Shown here piece after piece: positions 1 to 12,600 of a stretch of 64,000 nucleotides of DNA; the stretch's first letter is position 1; the number at the start of each line of letters is the position of its first letter. Under the pieces are notes generated by a model. That model did no database searches. It saw nothing but the letters and a program-made list of their open reading frames with translations, and was not told the origin of the DNA. Source of the DNA: Felis catus. Lineage: Eukaryota. The position numbers were made by a program, and so were the translations under genes. The stretch spans positions 55,430,001 to 55,494,000 of the forward strand of contig NC_058382.1 of NCBI RefSeq assembly GCF_018350175.1, written 5' to 3'.

Positions 1-218
1 TTTGACTCCAAGTTCTGCGTTCCTCTGACTTTTCCAGACTGTCCAACAAGAATATATTAGACAAATGGGGCATTAAAAACACAGGCCCTAACTCGAGAAG
101 ATTTAAATGATGACCAGGAAATGTCAGCAACTTAGGGATGTTTCCTTCACCAACACTTCTCAGACACCAGTGTGTGTGTGTCTTGATTACCTGGAGATCT
201 TATTAAAATGCAGAATTT

Positions 219-424
219 GGGGCACCTAGGTGGCTCAGTGGGTTAAGACTCTGACTTCAGTTCAGGTCATGATCTCAAGGTTTGTGAGTTCGAGCTCCGC
301 ATCAGGCTTCATGCTGACAGTGCAGAGCCTGCTTGGGACCTTCTCTCTCCCCTTCCCCCATTTGTGCGCAAGTGTGTGCGCGTGCTCTCTATCTCTCAAA
401 ATAATAAATAAATAAACTTTTAAA
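219..424 (+). mobile_element. CanSINE
   Basis: GGGGCACCTAGGTGGCTCAGT head, A-rich tail, TSD AAAATGCAGAATTT. Confidence 0.9.
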
Positions 425-574
425 AAATGCAGAATTTGACTGAGTGACCCTAACTGGTCTAAGAGCCTGCATTTCAGAAACTAGTTCCTGAGTGGATGCT
501 CCTGGTCCCTGGACAACTTTTTCAAATTTCACATGCATTAGAATCACCAAGAAGGCTACTTCAAAACAACGGCA

Positions 575-1325
575 GGAAATCAAAACTATAGCGAGACGGC
601 ATTTCATGCCCACTATGATGGCTATAAAAAACAAAACAAAATAAAAACCCAGAACCAAGACTTGATGACAAGGAGGTGCCGACACCGGAACCCTCATGAG
701 TTGCTGACCCGGCCTCTGTGGAAAACATTTGGTGGTTCCTTATCAAGTTTCACATAGAATTACATATGAGCCAGCAACTCCGGTCCTATGTATATACTAA
801 AGAGAACAAGAAACAGGTGTTCAAACAAAAACTTGTACACGGGATGTTCGTAGCGTTCATTATTCATATTGGGAGAGGTGGAAACAACCCAAATGTTGTT
901 GAAATGATAAGCAAAATGTCATCTATCCATACGCTAGAATATTATTAATACATAAAAATGAATGAAGAACTGATACGTGGTACAGAATGGATGAACCTTG
1001 AAAAGATTATGGGGACAGAAGCCAGACACAAAAGGCCATGTATTGGATGATCCTATTTATCTGAAATGCTCCGAAGAGGCAAATCCAGAAAGATGGAAAG
1101 CATATTAGCATTGGGCTGGGGGGGGGGGGGAGGAGGAAGGGGAAAGAGAGGGGACAACTTAAGGGATGGAGGGGGCTTGCTTTGGGTGTGATGCAAATGG
1201 TATGGAGCTAGACAGCAGTGATGCTTGCATGATACTGTGAATGTACTAAATGCCATTGAATTGTATACCTTAAAACGGCTAAATGGTGAGTTTTAGGTTG
1301 TATGTATTTTACCACAATAAGGAAG
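575..1325 (+). mobile_element. Old L1 (L1MB/ME-type) 3' end
   Basis: Typical L1 3'UTR: GAAAACATTTGGTGGTTCCT...GGATGAACCTTGAAAA...TTTTACCACAATAA. Confidence 0.75.
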
Positions 1326-1794
1326 AAAATTCTGTGCCCACCCCCAAGATTTCTGATTCAATAGCCCTAGCTCGAGTGGGACCTGAGGATTTGTCCTTCT
1401 AAAGATTCTCGGCGGCGGTTGGTTCCCAACCACACTTGGAGTGACAACGTCCCAGACTTTGATACTCAACTAGTTTGTCACATCCCCGGAGACTGTCAGA
1501 TTACAAGGGAACCACCAGATACTATTAGTGTCAAATTTCTGCTAACCAGGCCTCAAGGAGATTAGCAAACCTGCCTCTCCTGGGACCATGTGCCTGGTCT
1601 GTGTTTCCAGCTTGAAAGAACTCAATAAAGGAATGGACTTTGTTGCTTGAGTTGACTCCAGATCACCTTGGAGGAGGGAGACCCTGGCTGGGAGTTCTCA
1701 TTACATTCTCCTGAGAAAAGGTCACGTGAGTTCTGTTTTAGGAAGATATTAGAGAATGAGACAGTTTGTGTGAGCATGGGACCCCGGACCCCTG

Positions 1795-2240
1795 CTCTTT
1801 AACAAAGAACAAAAATTCAACAAAGTGAATTTCAAAGGCCTAAGTGGCTTTATTAACTGATTCATGAATTAGGGGGCACCCTATCTATCATGTAAAGGGG
1901 AGCTCTGAGGAGTTGCATAAAACGGAAGGTTTTTATAGGAAGGAAGGTGGGGTATGGAGATTATTAGCAAAAGAAAAGAAAGGATTGCCTCTGGTAAATT
2001 CACTTTCCCTAAGGGGTTAGAGGGTCTTATCATGACTTCATCTTCCTTTGGGGGTGGTGGGGAGGGTATGTGACAGATTACCTCACTGGTGCTGATAAGA
2101 AAACCCTTGACTGACCCAGGTAAGACTACATGTCTGGAGGAAGTTGAAACTACAGTTGGTTTAGGTATTAAGCCTCCTGTTGGTGATGTGGCCTAGCATA
2201 AGCGACTCCATTTGGGGCCTATGGTTTTTCTTTTTGACGC
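1795..2240 (-). mobile_element. ERV1 MER4-group-like LTR
   Basis: Minus strand begins GTCAAAAAGAAAAACCATAGGCCCCAAATGGAGTCGCTTATGCTAGG and carries TATA and AATAAA motifs. Confidence 0.55.
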
Positions 2241-2262
2241 CGTATAAAGGAGTGTCATCCCC

Positions 2263-2482
2263 GGGGCGCCTGGGTGGCTCAGTCGGTTAAGCGTCCGACT
2301 TTGGCTCAGGTCATGATCTTGCGGGTTCGTGAATTCAAGCCCCGCGTCGGGCTCTGTACTGACAGCTCGGAGCCTGGAGCCTGTTTCAGATTCTGTGTCT
2401 CCCTCTCTCTCTCTGACCCTCCCCCGTTCATGCTCTGTCTCAAAAATAAATAAACGTTAAAAAAAATTTAAAAAATAAATAA
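2263..2482 (+). mobile_element. CanSINE (SINEC_Fc-type)
   Basis: CpG-rich full-length copy with 17-bp TSD ATAAAGGAGTGTCATCC. Confidence 0.92.
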
Positions 2483-2499
2483 ATAAAGGAGTGTCATCC

Positions 2500-3220
2500 T
2501 ATACCCAGTTCTACTGTGGATTGTCCTATAATTCAACTTAATTCTGACAATATCTACCTGGAAAGAACATCAGATCCCAAAGGTTAAGGGCTCAGTCCTG
2601 TAAGACTGTCCCCCCAACCCCCACTTCAGATGCCAGATTGTCACCTGTGCCTCTGGACCCGCCAGCTGTAGAAGAGAGGTTCCAACGACCTTCTCCTTGG
2701 GTTCAATTAAGTTGCTAGGGCTGCTCACAGAACCCAGGAAACCTGTTTACTTACTAGATTACCAGTTTATTACACAGAACATTAAAGGCTATGCATCACC
2801 AGTTAGATGAAGAGATACATAGGACACAGCATAGGAAAAGGCCAAGGAGCCTCCATCCTCTCTGAATCTGTGTGTTAAGTGTTCACCACCTGGAAACTTT
2901 CCAAACCTCCTCCTTTTGGGTGTTTATGGAGGCTTCATTACCTAGGCACAATTAATTAAGTTTTCTGGCCATCGGTCTCCAGCCCCTAGCCCGGTAGCTG
3001 GCGGATTGGGAAAGGAGGGAAGGTTCTGCCCCTCTAATGGAGCTGTTGGTTCCTTCAGCAACCAGTCCCCACCTTTAGGCAAGCTCCTGTCACCTCATTA
3101 ACATAACAAGACACTTTTGCTGCTGTCATCACTTAGGAAATTCCAAGCATTTTAGGAGCTGTGTGCTAGAAATGGGTCAAAGACCATATACATCTCTTAT
3201 TATAAATCACAATATCACTT
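2500..3220. mobile_element. MER21-like LTR
   Basis: TCAGATCCCAAAGGTTAAGGGCTCAGTCCTGTAAGACTG and terminal ATAAATCACAATATCAC match recalled MER21. Confidence 0.7.
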
Positions 3221-5244
3221 CCTTCCTATTCAGCCTCAGGCTGAAAGTTTGCGATATTTCTGCCTGCTGCTGTCACTTGTAAAACCCTTTGTCTCCCATA
3301 ATTCCTACGTACCCACTATATGCTAGTGTTAGGTAGAAAAGAGAGGATCTCCCTGTGTTGATCCGGGGGCACTGAAGAGTTTTTGAGGTCCTGTGTGACC
3401 TCAGAGGACATCGAGGCCATTTGGCTGGTAGAACCTCAGGAAATGTTACGAACTTATTGTGTATGCCACACCAAGAGAGGCAGGAAGAGTCCCTGTCTGA
3501 GGACACTTGGGAGAGAGAGAAGGTCTCTAGAATTCTGTAGACTCTAAAATTGTAATTTGAAGTCTCCCTTGGTTTTAGTCCATGACCAACAGTATCAACA
3601 GTATGAATGCTGAGTTTATTCACCTGTCAGGTAACAAAGTCATTGCATATTTCCCTGAGACAAACTGGGTAGAGGAACATGGAATCTTCTGGAGGGGGAT
3701 GGGATGCTAGAGTCACGGTGGCTACACTAAGGATAGAAATTTTGCAGTTAGGAAGGGGGAAGGAGTCCGTAGGTCTGTATGTGGTTGGTTAAAATAAGTC
3801 CCGTTGTTGACTGGGTATTAAGTCACCCCAGGTACTGAATCATTTATTAGAATTGGCTACTTAGAATCTGTTGTGGGGAAACCTAACATTCAACGTTAAT
3901 GCGTCCTAAGCAAGTGCTGCACTGAGGGCAAACTTTTACTTTCACATTACCCACATCTATGAGGGGGTTATGTGTGGGATGGGGTGGGAAAGAGGTATAT
4001 TGTCACTTTAAATTTGGTTGCAACTTTGGCAGATGTTTCCAAAGCTCTAGCTTGTTCAGGAGGCTTTTCTCATTTTTTAAGATTTCACATAAGCTAGGCC
4101 TTATTTTCTTGGCCTCCGATGCCAAACTTCAAAAAACTTAAATTTCTAGTTTCAGTTACAAAACTTTAGGAGACTTTATGGGCCTTTGTACAGCCAAAGA
4201 CCTACTTGAGAGGTAAGTAAGGCTCCCTTGTTAAGCATGTCTTAAAGGGAGTTTGTATTTTGTAACTTTCACTTGGAAAGGGTTATAGATTCACAGAAAG
4301 TTGCAAGGAAGTGTACAAACAAGTCCTGTTTACCTCCCTAATAACATCTTGCATAGCAATAGTAAAATATCAAAGCCATGTGGGGCACCTGGGTGGGTCA
4401 GCCGGTTGAGCATCTGACTTCGGCTCAGGTCATGATCTCGTGGTTCGTGAGTTTGGGCCCCACGTCAGGCTCTGTGCTGACAGCTCAGAGCCTGGAGCCT
4501 GCTTCGGATTCTGTGTCCCCTTCTCTCTCCGCCCCACCCCTGCTTGTGCTCTCTCTCTGTCTTTCAAAAATGAATAAACATTTAAAAAAATTTAAAAAAT
4601 ACCAAAGCCATGTAATGGACATTACTACGACGCACAGAATTACTGAGATTTCACCAGTTATATCTGCATTCATTTATGTGTGTGCTCATAGGTCTGTGTA
4701 GATGTATCACATATATAGCTTCCTGTAACTTCTAACACAATCAAGATACAGACTGTTCCATCACCATAGGATCTCCCAAGATAACCCTCTATGGCCACAT
4801 CCAGTCTCTCACTCCCATTCCCAACGCTGACAACCATGAATCTGCTCTCGTCCATCTCTATCCCTTTATTTCAAGAATATTACATAAATGAAACCATTCA
4901 ATATGCAAACTTTTGAGACTGGCTTTCACTACACGTAACTTGAAAGGAATATATTTTGACCGAGGTTTATACAGCTCACAAAAACTGCCTTCATCCAGCA
5001 TAGCATTACAAAATTTCTTTAATTTCAGTCCCGAAACACAACATATCCCACCCCTCTGACATCTGTGAGATATAGATCAGGGATAAACACTGCCAGGTCC
5101 TTATCCAACTTCTGAGATCATATGTGAACCTTCTATAGCCAAAACAGAAATCGTAGGGTGTTTTTTTCTCCCCAGATTGCAAGCTGTTATTAGCATTTCC
5201 ATGTCCAGAGGACATGGAAAATTTTCAGAGATGTTCTTTAGAAG

Positions 5245-5775
5245 TGTTTAACAACGCTGTCTGCATATTAGAATCACCTGGGGGAGCTTTAAAACATTCC
5301 AGAGCCTGTGAACCACAAACCAATTAAATCACATGGGAGTGGGGACAGGAATAGATTTTTTTTAAAGCTCCCCAGGCATTTCTAACTGGCTACCAAGTAT
5401 GAAAACTGTTCTAAAACAATTAGCTGCACGAGACAGAGGTGCTCAAAACTTGGGGTCCTGGAAGTAAATCAGTTTCACCTGCGTAATTGGGGAACACCAC
5501 AAAAGCTTAGGCTTTTTCCTCCTTGACGGACCTTGACCTCAGGGTGCTTCGTTAGCTCCCGAGGTGATTCTGATGCTCCCCAAAGTCTGAGAACCACTGA
5601 CTCAGAGCGCTGTCCTCACACTAAAATCACCTGCAGGGTTTTATTTAAATACTGATGGATGTTCAGATCCCACAGCCAGAATGTTTGTATTTCACTGCTC
5701 TAGAGTACAGCCTGGGCATTCTTTTTTGTTTTATTATGTTTTAATGTTCCCAAGGTGATTCTACTATGCCTACTG
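5245..5775. mobile_element. Cluster of MER5A-like hAT MITE fragments
   Basis: Recurrent CATATTAGAATCACCTGG and AGGTGATTCTGATG...TGAGAACCACTG motifs. Confidence 0.6.
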
Positions 5776-6143
5776 AGTTATGGAATTAAAACAACAAAAT
5801 TTAAAAACGAACACAAAGTATATATTCGTCTCTCTGGATTCATTTAATGTCAGCTAGTGGATGAGTATGTGAATTTCCAAGACGTAGCCTCCTTGGAATT
5901 ACATCAGTTCTCTGCATGGTCTTTAAGGCTGTAGCCCACATATACACCCAGGGTTGCACATCCCTTACCAGCTCTCCCATACCCCGGTGGATAAGCCCTC
6001 TACTTTGGAAGTCAAGTTTCCTCTGTAGAAATGGAAATAAACTTACCAAGTTCGTGGCAACCTCTTGCCTTGCTGCCTTCTGGCAATAGGATTTTCACCT
6101 GAGGAGAGCAAAACCAGAAATTAAGAATCTAACTGGGCAACAG

Positions 6144-6605
6144 GTGCCTGGGTGGCTCAGTCGGTTAAGCGTCCGACTTAGGCTCAGGTCACTGTCTTGA
6201 GGTTCGTGAGTTTGAGCCCTGCATTGGGCTCTGTGCTGACAGCTCGGAGCCTGGAGCCTGCTTTGGATTCTGTGTCTCCCTCTCTTTCTCTTTCTCTCTC
6301 TCTGTCCCTTCCCCACTCGTACTCTGTGTGTCTCTCTAAAAAAGAAACAGGGGCGCCTGGGTGGCGCAGTCGGTTAAGCGTCCCACTTCAGCCAGGTCAC
6401 CATCTCGCGGTCTGTGAGTTCGAGCCCTGCGTCAGGCTCTGGGCTGATGGCTCAGAGCCTGGAGCCTGCTTCCGATTCTGTGTCTCCCTCTCTCTCTGCC
6501 CCTCCCCTGTTCATGCTCTCTCTCTCTCTGTCCCAAAAATAAATAAAAGTTGAAAAAAAAATTTATAAAAAAAAAATAAAAAAGAAACATGGAACAAATT
6601 ATAAA
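6144..6605 (+). mobile_element. Nested pair of CanSINEs
   Basis: Outer TSD AATCTAACTGGGCA. Inner SINE at about 6350-6576 with TSD TAAAAAAGAAACA. Confidence 0.88.
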
Positions 6606-7177
6606 AATCTAACTGGGCAGGCAATGAAGGGGTGCATAAGGCCCGGAAGCGAGAGTGCCCCGAGACCCTGTGTGGCTCTCGCACAGCAAGCTTTGCACAT
6701 CTCCACTTACTTCATCTGATGCCCCCAGGAATCTCAGATACTACTTTGAAACATTAACAGCAGGGTTGCATCTATAAGTTGAGCCTTCCAGGACTGCCAT
6801 TTGGTAGGTCAGAAATGGTCTAACAATGTCAATTTCACAGAGTGCAACACCATACAAAACACAAATGTGTCTTAACTCTTTGGTCTGAAGTGTGTTTTCT
6901 GTTTAGGTTGATAACAGGGAATGTGACAAATTCTTACCACCTGTCATGCCGTCCATTACATCTCCATGTATCGCATGGAGTGCATCTCCATGATCTCACC
7001 TATTCAGAAATATGTGACCCAGACCCTAATGTAACAGTTCAAGGTTTAGTATTCGAAAAAAAATAATCACTTGGATTGGTTGGTTGGTTGGTTTATTGAT
7101 TGATTGCGTCCTGACGGAGCCAGTCTGTCTGGTTAGCAAGCAAGTCTAGGGTGGGTCCTAGGAATCCACTAAACAAG

Positions 7178-7890
7178 TGATGAAGGCACCAGAGGCAATC
7201 TGATAGCAAAGCACAAGCTAACACCCCACAAGCGACCCTCCCCCCACCAGGAGGGATCTGTGTGACATTCCTCAGGCACTCCTGGCTGCCCAAGAGCAAA
7301 GGACAGGGAAAAACAAGCGGTTAACTGATAGAGATCACAGTCTTGCAAGACAAGAGTCTTCATTGCTTTGCAACTGTCTTAATGAGTTACAAGGAAAAAA
7401 GGCAATCTCTGGAAATCTATAGAGTCAATTTCCTGGAGCCCTAACATCACCCTCCCCTCCACTGGCGTGGGGAACAAAGAAGAAAATGTAGGTAAAATTA
7501 AATTTCCTTACAACCTGGAGCCCACTGACAAATATTCGAGATAGGCAGAGTAAAACATTCCTCCAAGAAACTCCCAACTGTCTTAATGTTAATGCCTTAC
7601 TAAGGGAAAAATAACTTTAGCTCTACAATTCACAAGGCCTCCAGTATCTTAAGAGTCCTCTTTATCATACGAAATTCCTTTTGGAAACCTCCCTTTTCCT
7701 TTATGCCCCCCTGCCCAGCTCCATAGTATATAATCAGTCACTCTTCACAACCCCAGGGTAGCTCTTTCTGCCTGCCCATAGCTCCTGTCTCCATGCTTTA
7801 ATAAAATCACCTTTTTGCACCAAAGACATCTCAAGAATTCTCTCTTGGCCTTCAGCTCGGGACCCCCACCAGCACTCCAAAACCACATCA
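7178..7890 (+). mobile_element. Solo ERV1 LTR (713 bp), long variant of the provirus LTR family
   Basis: TGATG...CCACATCA termini with 4-bp TSD CAAG (7174-7177 and 7891-7894). Segment 7463-7890 is homologous to the reverse complement of the provirus LTRs. TATA-like GTATATAA and AATAAA are present. Confidence 0.85.
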
Positions 7891-8751
7891 CAAGTACTGT
7901 GGGAGATCCTGAAACAGGTGCACTTACTAATCTATGAAACACCAAACAAATGGAGCCTTTTGGGCTGTTGAGATAATTGTGAAAACCTTGAGTAACACTC
8001 TTGTATGGAGCTCACTTTGTGCCCGGCACTATTCTAATACATTGATATATTCAACCTTCACAACAGCTCTATGAAGCATATACCATCATTATTATTAATT
8101 TACAGATTAAAAGACAGAGGTACATAAACATAAAGGGTGCTTGCGTGGTTCAGTCGGGTCGAACTTTCAGTTTCTGCTCAGGTCACCATCTCGCAGTTTA
8201 CTAAGCTTGAGCCCTGCATCGGGTTCTGTGCGGACAGTATGGACCCGGCTTGGGATTCTCTCTCTCCCTCTCTGTCTGCCCCTCCTGTAGTCAAGCTGTT
8301 TCTGTATCTCTCAAAATAAATAAATAAACTTTAAAATTAAAAAAGAAAAGAGGTAAATAAACAAAATTTTATGTACCTAATTTTAATAGGTTTTACTAAT
8401 CAATGACAGAGCTGGGATTTGAACCTAGGCAGTGTTAGCTCAAAGATCAGCTCTTCACCGCTCCCCTCTGCTAACTGGCCTCGAAGCTGGCCAAGCTCCC
8501 CTCATCTATAAAATTGTGGAGAAGTGAGGATGGTCTAGCCCTGCAAACTGGGTTGCAAACTAGAACAAGTTGCTTTAACTGGCCTTTCTCGCCAGTAAAT
8601 GGAAACGTTGGATCTGGAATTCTTAAAATTTTGTGAAACTAGAAATCACTTTTAAAAAGCATCAGCCGGTTATCTGAAGCAAGACAGGAACCTAAGTTTA
8701 ATATTTGATGCCAGATGCTGGATTGAAATGTCATTAGTTAAGCCTTAGGAT

Positions 8752-8765
8752 TCTTTCTTTTCTTT

Positions 8766-8840
<75 letters not shown>

Positions 8841-8845
8841 ATTTT
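8752..8845. repeat. (TTTC)n microsatellite at a SINE tail
   Basis: Directly visible tandem TTTC. Confidence 0.95.
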
Positions 8846-9094
8846 TCTTTAAAATTTATTTATTTTTGAGAGACAGAGAGAGACTGAGCATAAGCGGGGG
8901 AGGGCCAAAGGGGGGGGGGGGGTGGAGACACAGAATACGAAGCAGGCTCCAGGCTCTGAGCTGTCAGCATAGGGCCCGACGCGGGGCTCAAATCCACAGA
9001 CCATGAGATCATGACCTGCCTGAGGTCAGAAACTTAACCAATTGAGCCACTCAGGTGCCCCTATTTATTTGTTTTTAATGTTCATTTACTATAT

Positions 9095-9145
<51 letters not shown>

Positions 9146-9914
9146 AAGTAGGGGAGAAGCAGAGAGAGAGAAAGGAGGAGAGAGAGAGAAAGAATTCCAA
9201 ACAGGCTTCATGCTCAGTCCGACTTGGGGCTCGATCTCACAACTGTGAGATTGTGACCTGAACGGAAATCAAGAGTCAGATGCTTAACCAACTGAGCCAT
9301 ACAGGTGCCCAGGATAAGTGACAGGGATGAACTTCACAGTAGCTAAAACAGAAGAGGGAAAAGGAATTTATTAGTTTACCAACTGACTAGATAGAACTAA
9401 GTTCTAAGATGGGATCATCCTAACTCTCCCCCATCTCCACTCCCTATTTCCCTCAACACCCCCACTTCCAACTCCTGCTCCCCCCTTCTTGCTCTGGTTT
9501 CTTTTGCTTACCTTCTCTGATGTGGTAGCAAAAGTGGCCTGGGGGTTCAAGTTTTCTACCATCGCATACTTACGTAGCCGGGAATAAACAATAAGGCCAT
9601 CTCCCTTCTGCCGTCTACATCAGGACTCTGGCTCAACTGAGGTCACATGCTCAGCCCCAACCCAATCTCCAAGTCCAGGGAATGGGGTATTGGGACTGCC
9701 CAGTCTGCCCCTTTCAATGAGAAGGACAAAACCATTGATCGATAGCCTTCCTACAAAAGCAGGGAGGTAAGGATGAGTATTTCCCAAAAGGGAATTATGT
9801 GATCCAGACCAAAGCTTTAATAATCATGTAAGAATAAGGATGATAATTGGCATGAACTATTCTAGGTATCTCTACCTCAATGCCTATGCTCTCCCCATCT
9901 CCCCACTTCCCAGT

Positions 9915-10545
9915 TTTTTTGAGATATAATTGACAAATAACATTGTACTAGTTTAAGGTGCACAATATCCTGATCTGATACATGTATATATTGCAAAATG
10001 ATTACCACAAAAGGTTAGTTACCGTCCATCACCTCACAGAGATACCATTTTTTTTCTTGTGATAAGAACTTTCAAGATTTACTCTCAGCAAATTTTCAAA
10101 TATACAATACACTATCATTAACTGTCGTCACTATGCTGTACATTACATCCCTGGAACGTATTTATGTTGTAACTAGAAGTTTGTACATTTTGACTGCCTT
10201 CACCCATTTCATCCCCACCCTCTACCTCTGGTAACCACCAACCTGTTCCCTATATCTATGAGTCTGGTTTTTGTAGATTCCACCTAAAAGGGAGATTACA
10301 TACTATCTCTTTTTTCTTTCTGATTTATTTCACTTAGCGTAATGCCCTCAAAGCCCTCAAGATCTTCAAGGTCTATCCATGTTGTTGCAAATGGCAGGAT
10401 TTCCTTCCTTTTTAATGGTTGAATAATATTCTATTGCACATATGTACTACTTTTTCTTTATCCATTCATCCTTCAATGGACACCTAGATTGTTTCCATGT
10501 CTTAGGCATTGTAAATAATGCCACAATAAACACGGGGTGCAGATG
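9915..10545 (-). mobile_element. L1 (L1MA9-like) 3' end
   Basis: GAGATATAATTGACAAATAACATTG...CATGTTGTTGCAAATGGCAGGATTTCC is a typical L1 3'UTR on the reverse strand. Confidence 0.8.
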
Positions 10546-10795
10546 CTGTGCTCTTTTTTAATTGAAATTTTTATGGAGATTATCATAGATTTAGCCAAAG
10601 TTTTAAGAAGGAATAGAGAGAGATCTTATGTACCTTTGACCTGGGTATATATGGTTAAATTTTTCATAACTATAGTACAACATTATAAGTAGTATACTGA
10701 TAATGATAATTTACCAGTTTTATGCAGATTTTCCCAATTATATCTGTACTTATATGTATTCATTTCCATACATTTTATCATCTCATTTTCCTTTT

Positions 10796-11195
10796 TAAAA
10801 AATTTTTTTTCAACGTTTATTTATTTTTGGGACAGAGAGAGACAGAGCATGAATGGGGGAGGGGCAGAGAGAGAGGGAGACACAGAATCAGAAACAGGCT
10901 CCAGGCTCTGGGCCATGACCTGGCTGAAGTCGGACGCTTAACCGACTGCGCCACCCAGGCACCCCTCATTTTCCTTTTTTTAAAATGTGTTTTTAAATTT
11001 ATTGTTGAAAGTGAGAGACAGACAGACAGACAGAATGTGAGTGGGGGAGAGGCAGAGACAGAGGGAGACACAGAATCTGAAGCAGGCTCCAAGCTGTCAG
11101 TACAAACACCAACCCAGGACTCGAACCCATGAACTGCAAGATCATGACCTGAGCTGAAGTTGGATGCTTAACCGACGGAGCCACCCAGGCACCCC
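10796..11195 (-). mobile_element. Two tandem CanSINEs
   Basis: Both on the minus strand. CTCATTTTCCTTTT occurs three times, bracketing each element. Confidence 0.88.
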
Positions 11196-11934
11196 TCATT
11201 TTCCTTTTAATTGCATTGTATGACTTTCACATCATGGGTAGACAATCAAATTCAAGGCATGGTTTCATTAAATGACTAGAAATGGCCAATGTCTCTACTA
11301 AGATTGCTCTTTAACAAACCAGATCACGGTCATCGCAGTCATGTTTTCCCTGTGTGCAGAAATGAGCTTAGTGTTTTATAGTGGTCTGGGAAGAGGTAGC
11401 TGAAAACCTATCAGACAACAGTTGTTCTACCTACTACATATCATAAGGTGATGACTTAAGTATCTCTTAATAAATGATCTTCAATAAATGTTAGATGTGA
11501 GCATGAGCCATATTTTGTGGTCTCTGATACACTGAAAACTTTAACTTTTGGATAGAGGTAGGAATCAGGCCAAGAGAACTCAGAGCTAGGAAAATATTCT
11601 CCCATGGATGGAACAGGCCTGACCAGAGGAATAAGAGACTTTGGCAGGGAAGAGGAATCATTTGCAAAGTTCTGAAGTCAGAAGAACAAAGACAAGCACA
11701 TGTGGAAAACTGGACCCATGTTTGGTTTGGTGAGAAATCACCAAAGGCTGGGAAAGCTGGTAGGACAGGGATGCCTGGAAAGGTAAGAGCAGGAAACGAT
11801 GGAGGTCCTCCACCCATCCAGAGATAGTTGTGCAAGTGTCCTGGGGGATTTAGGCAGAGAAAAATACCCATGAAGTCATCTTTGACACTTACTGACATGT
11901 CTATGGTCTCTGGAAGCCAGGTGGTGGTGTTTTC

Positions 11935-12255
11935 CTCCTCCCTCCATTCCTTCCTTCTTTCCTTCTTTCCTTCTTTCCTTCCTTCCTTCTTTCCTCCCTC
12001 CCTCCCTTCCTCCCTTCCTCCCTTCCTTCCTTCCTCCCTTCCTTCCTTCCTTCCTTCCTTCCTTCCTTCCTTCCTTCCTTCCTTCCTTCCTTCCTTCCTT
12101 CCTTCCTCCTCCATCCCTTGCTTCCTTCTTTCCTCCCTCCCTCCCTCCCTCTCTCCCTTCCTTCCTCCCTTCCTTCCTTCCTTCCTTCCTTCCTTCCTTC
12201 CTTCCTTCCTTCCTTCCTTCCTTCCTTCTTCCCTCCCTCCTTCCCTTCCCTACCC
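11935..12255. repeat. Complex (CCTT)n/(CCCT)n polypyrimidine microsatellite, about 320 bp
   Basis: Directly visible. Source of the spurious GRKE/PSFL ORFs. Confidence 0.95.
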
Positions 12256-12259
12256 TTAA

Positions 12260-12600
12260 AAAATTGAGATATAATTGACATACAATAAACCGTTCATATT
12301 TAAAGTACACAATTTGATAAATTTAGACATATGTATGCACCCAGGAAACCATCACCACAATCAAGATGGTAAACATGTCCTTCATCCCCGAAAGTTTCCA
12401 TGTCCCCCTTTCTAATCCTTCCCCCACCTGCTGCAGGTAACCACTGATCTATCTGTATCGCTATAGATTGGTTTGCATTTTCTAGAATTTTAAATATATG
12501 AATCATACAGCACGCACTGGTTTTTGTCTGGCTCTTTCATTCACCATAATTATTTTGAGACTCAACCATGCTGTTGTGTCTATCAACATTCCATTTTTTT
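12260..12600 (-). mobile_element. L1MB/MC-type 3' end
   Basis: TTGAGATATAATTGACATACAATAAAC...TTTGCATTTTCTAGAATTTT. Confidence 0.7.

Noticed and set aside
219..300. tRNA-like A/B boxes
   Set aside because: These are SINE heads derived from tRNA-Lys, not tRNA genes.
11491..12310. Longest ORFs (207, 144, 143 and 126 aa; GRKE/PSFL repeats)
   Set aside because: Translations of the CCTT microsatellite, which simply lacks stop codons.
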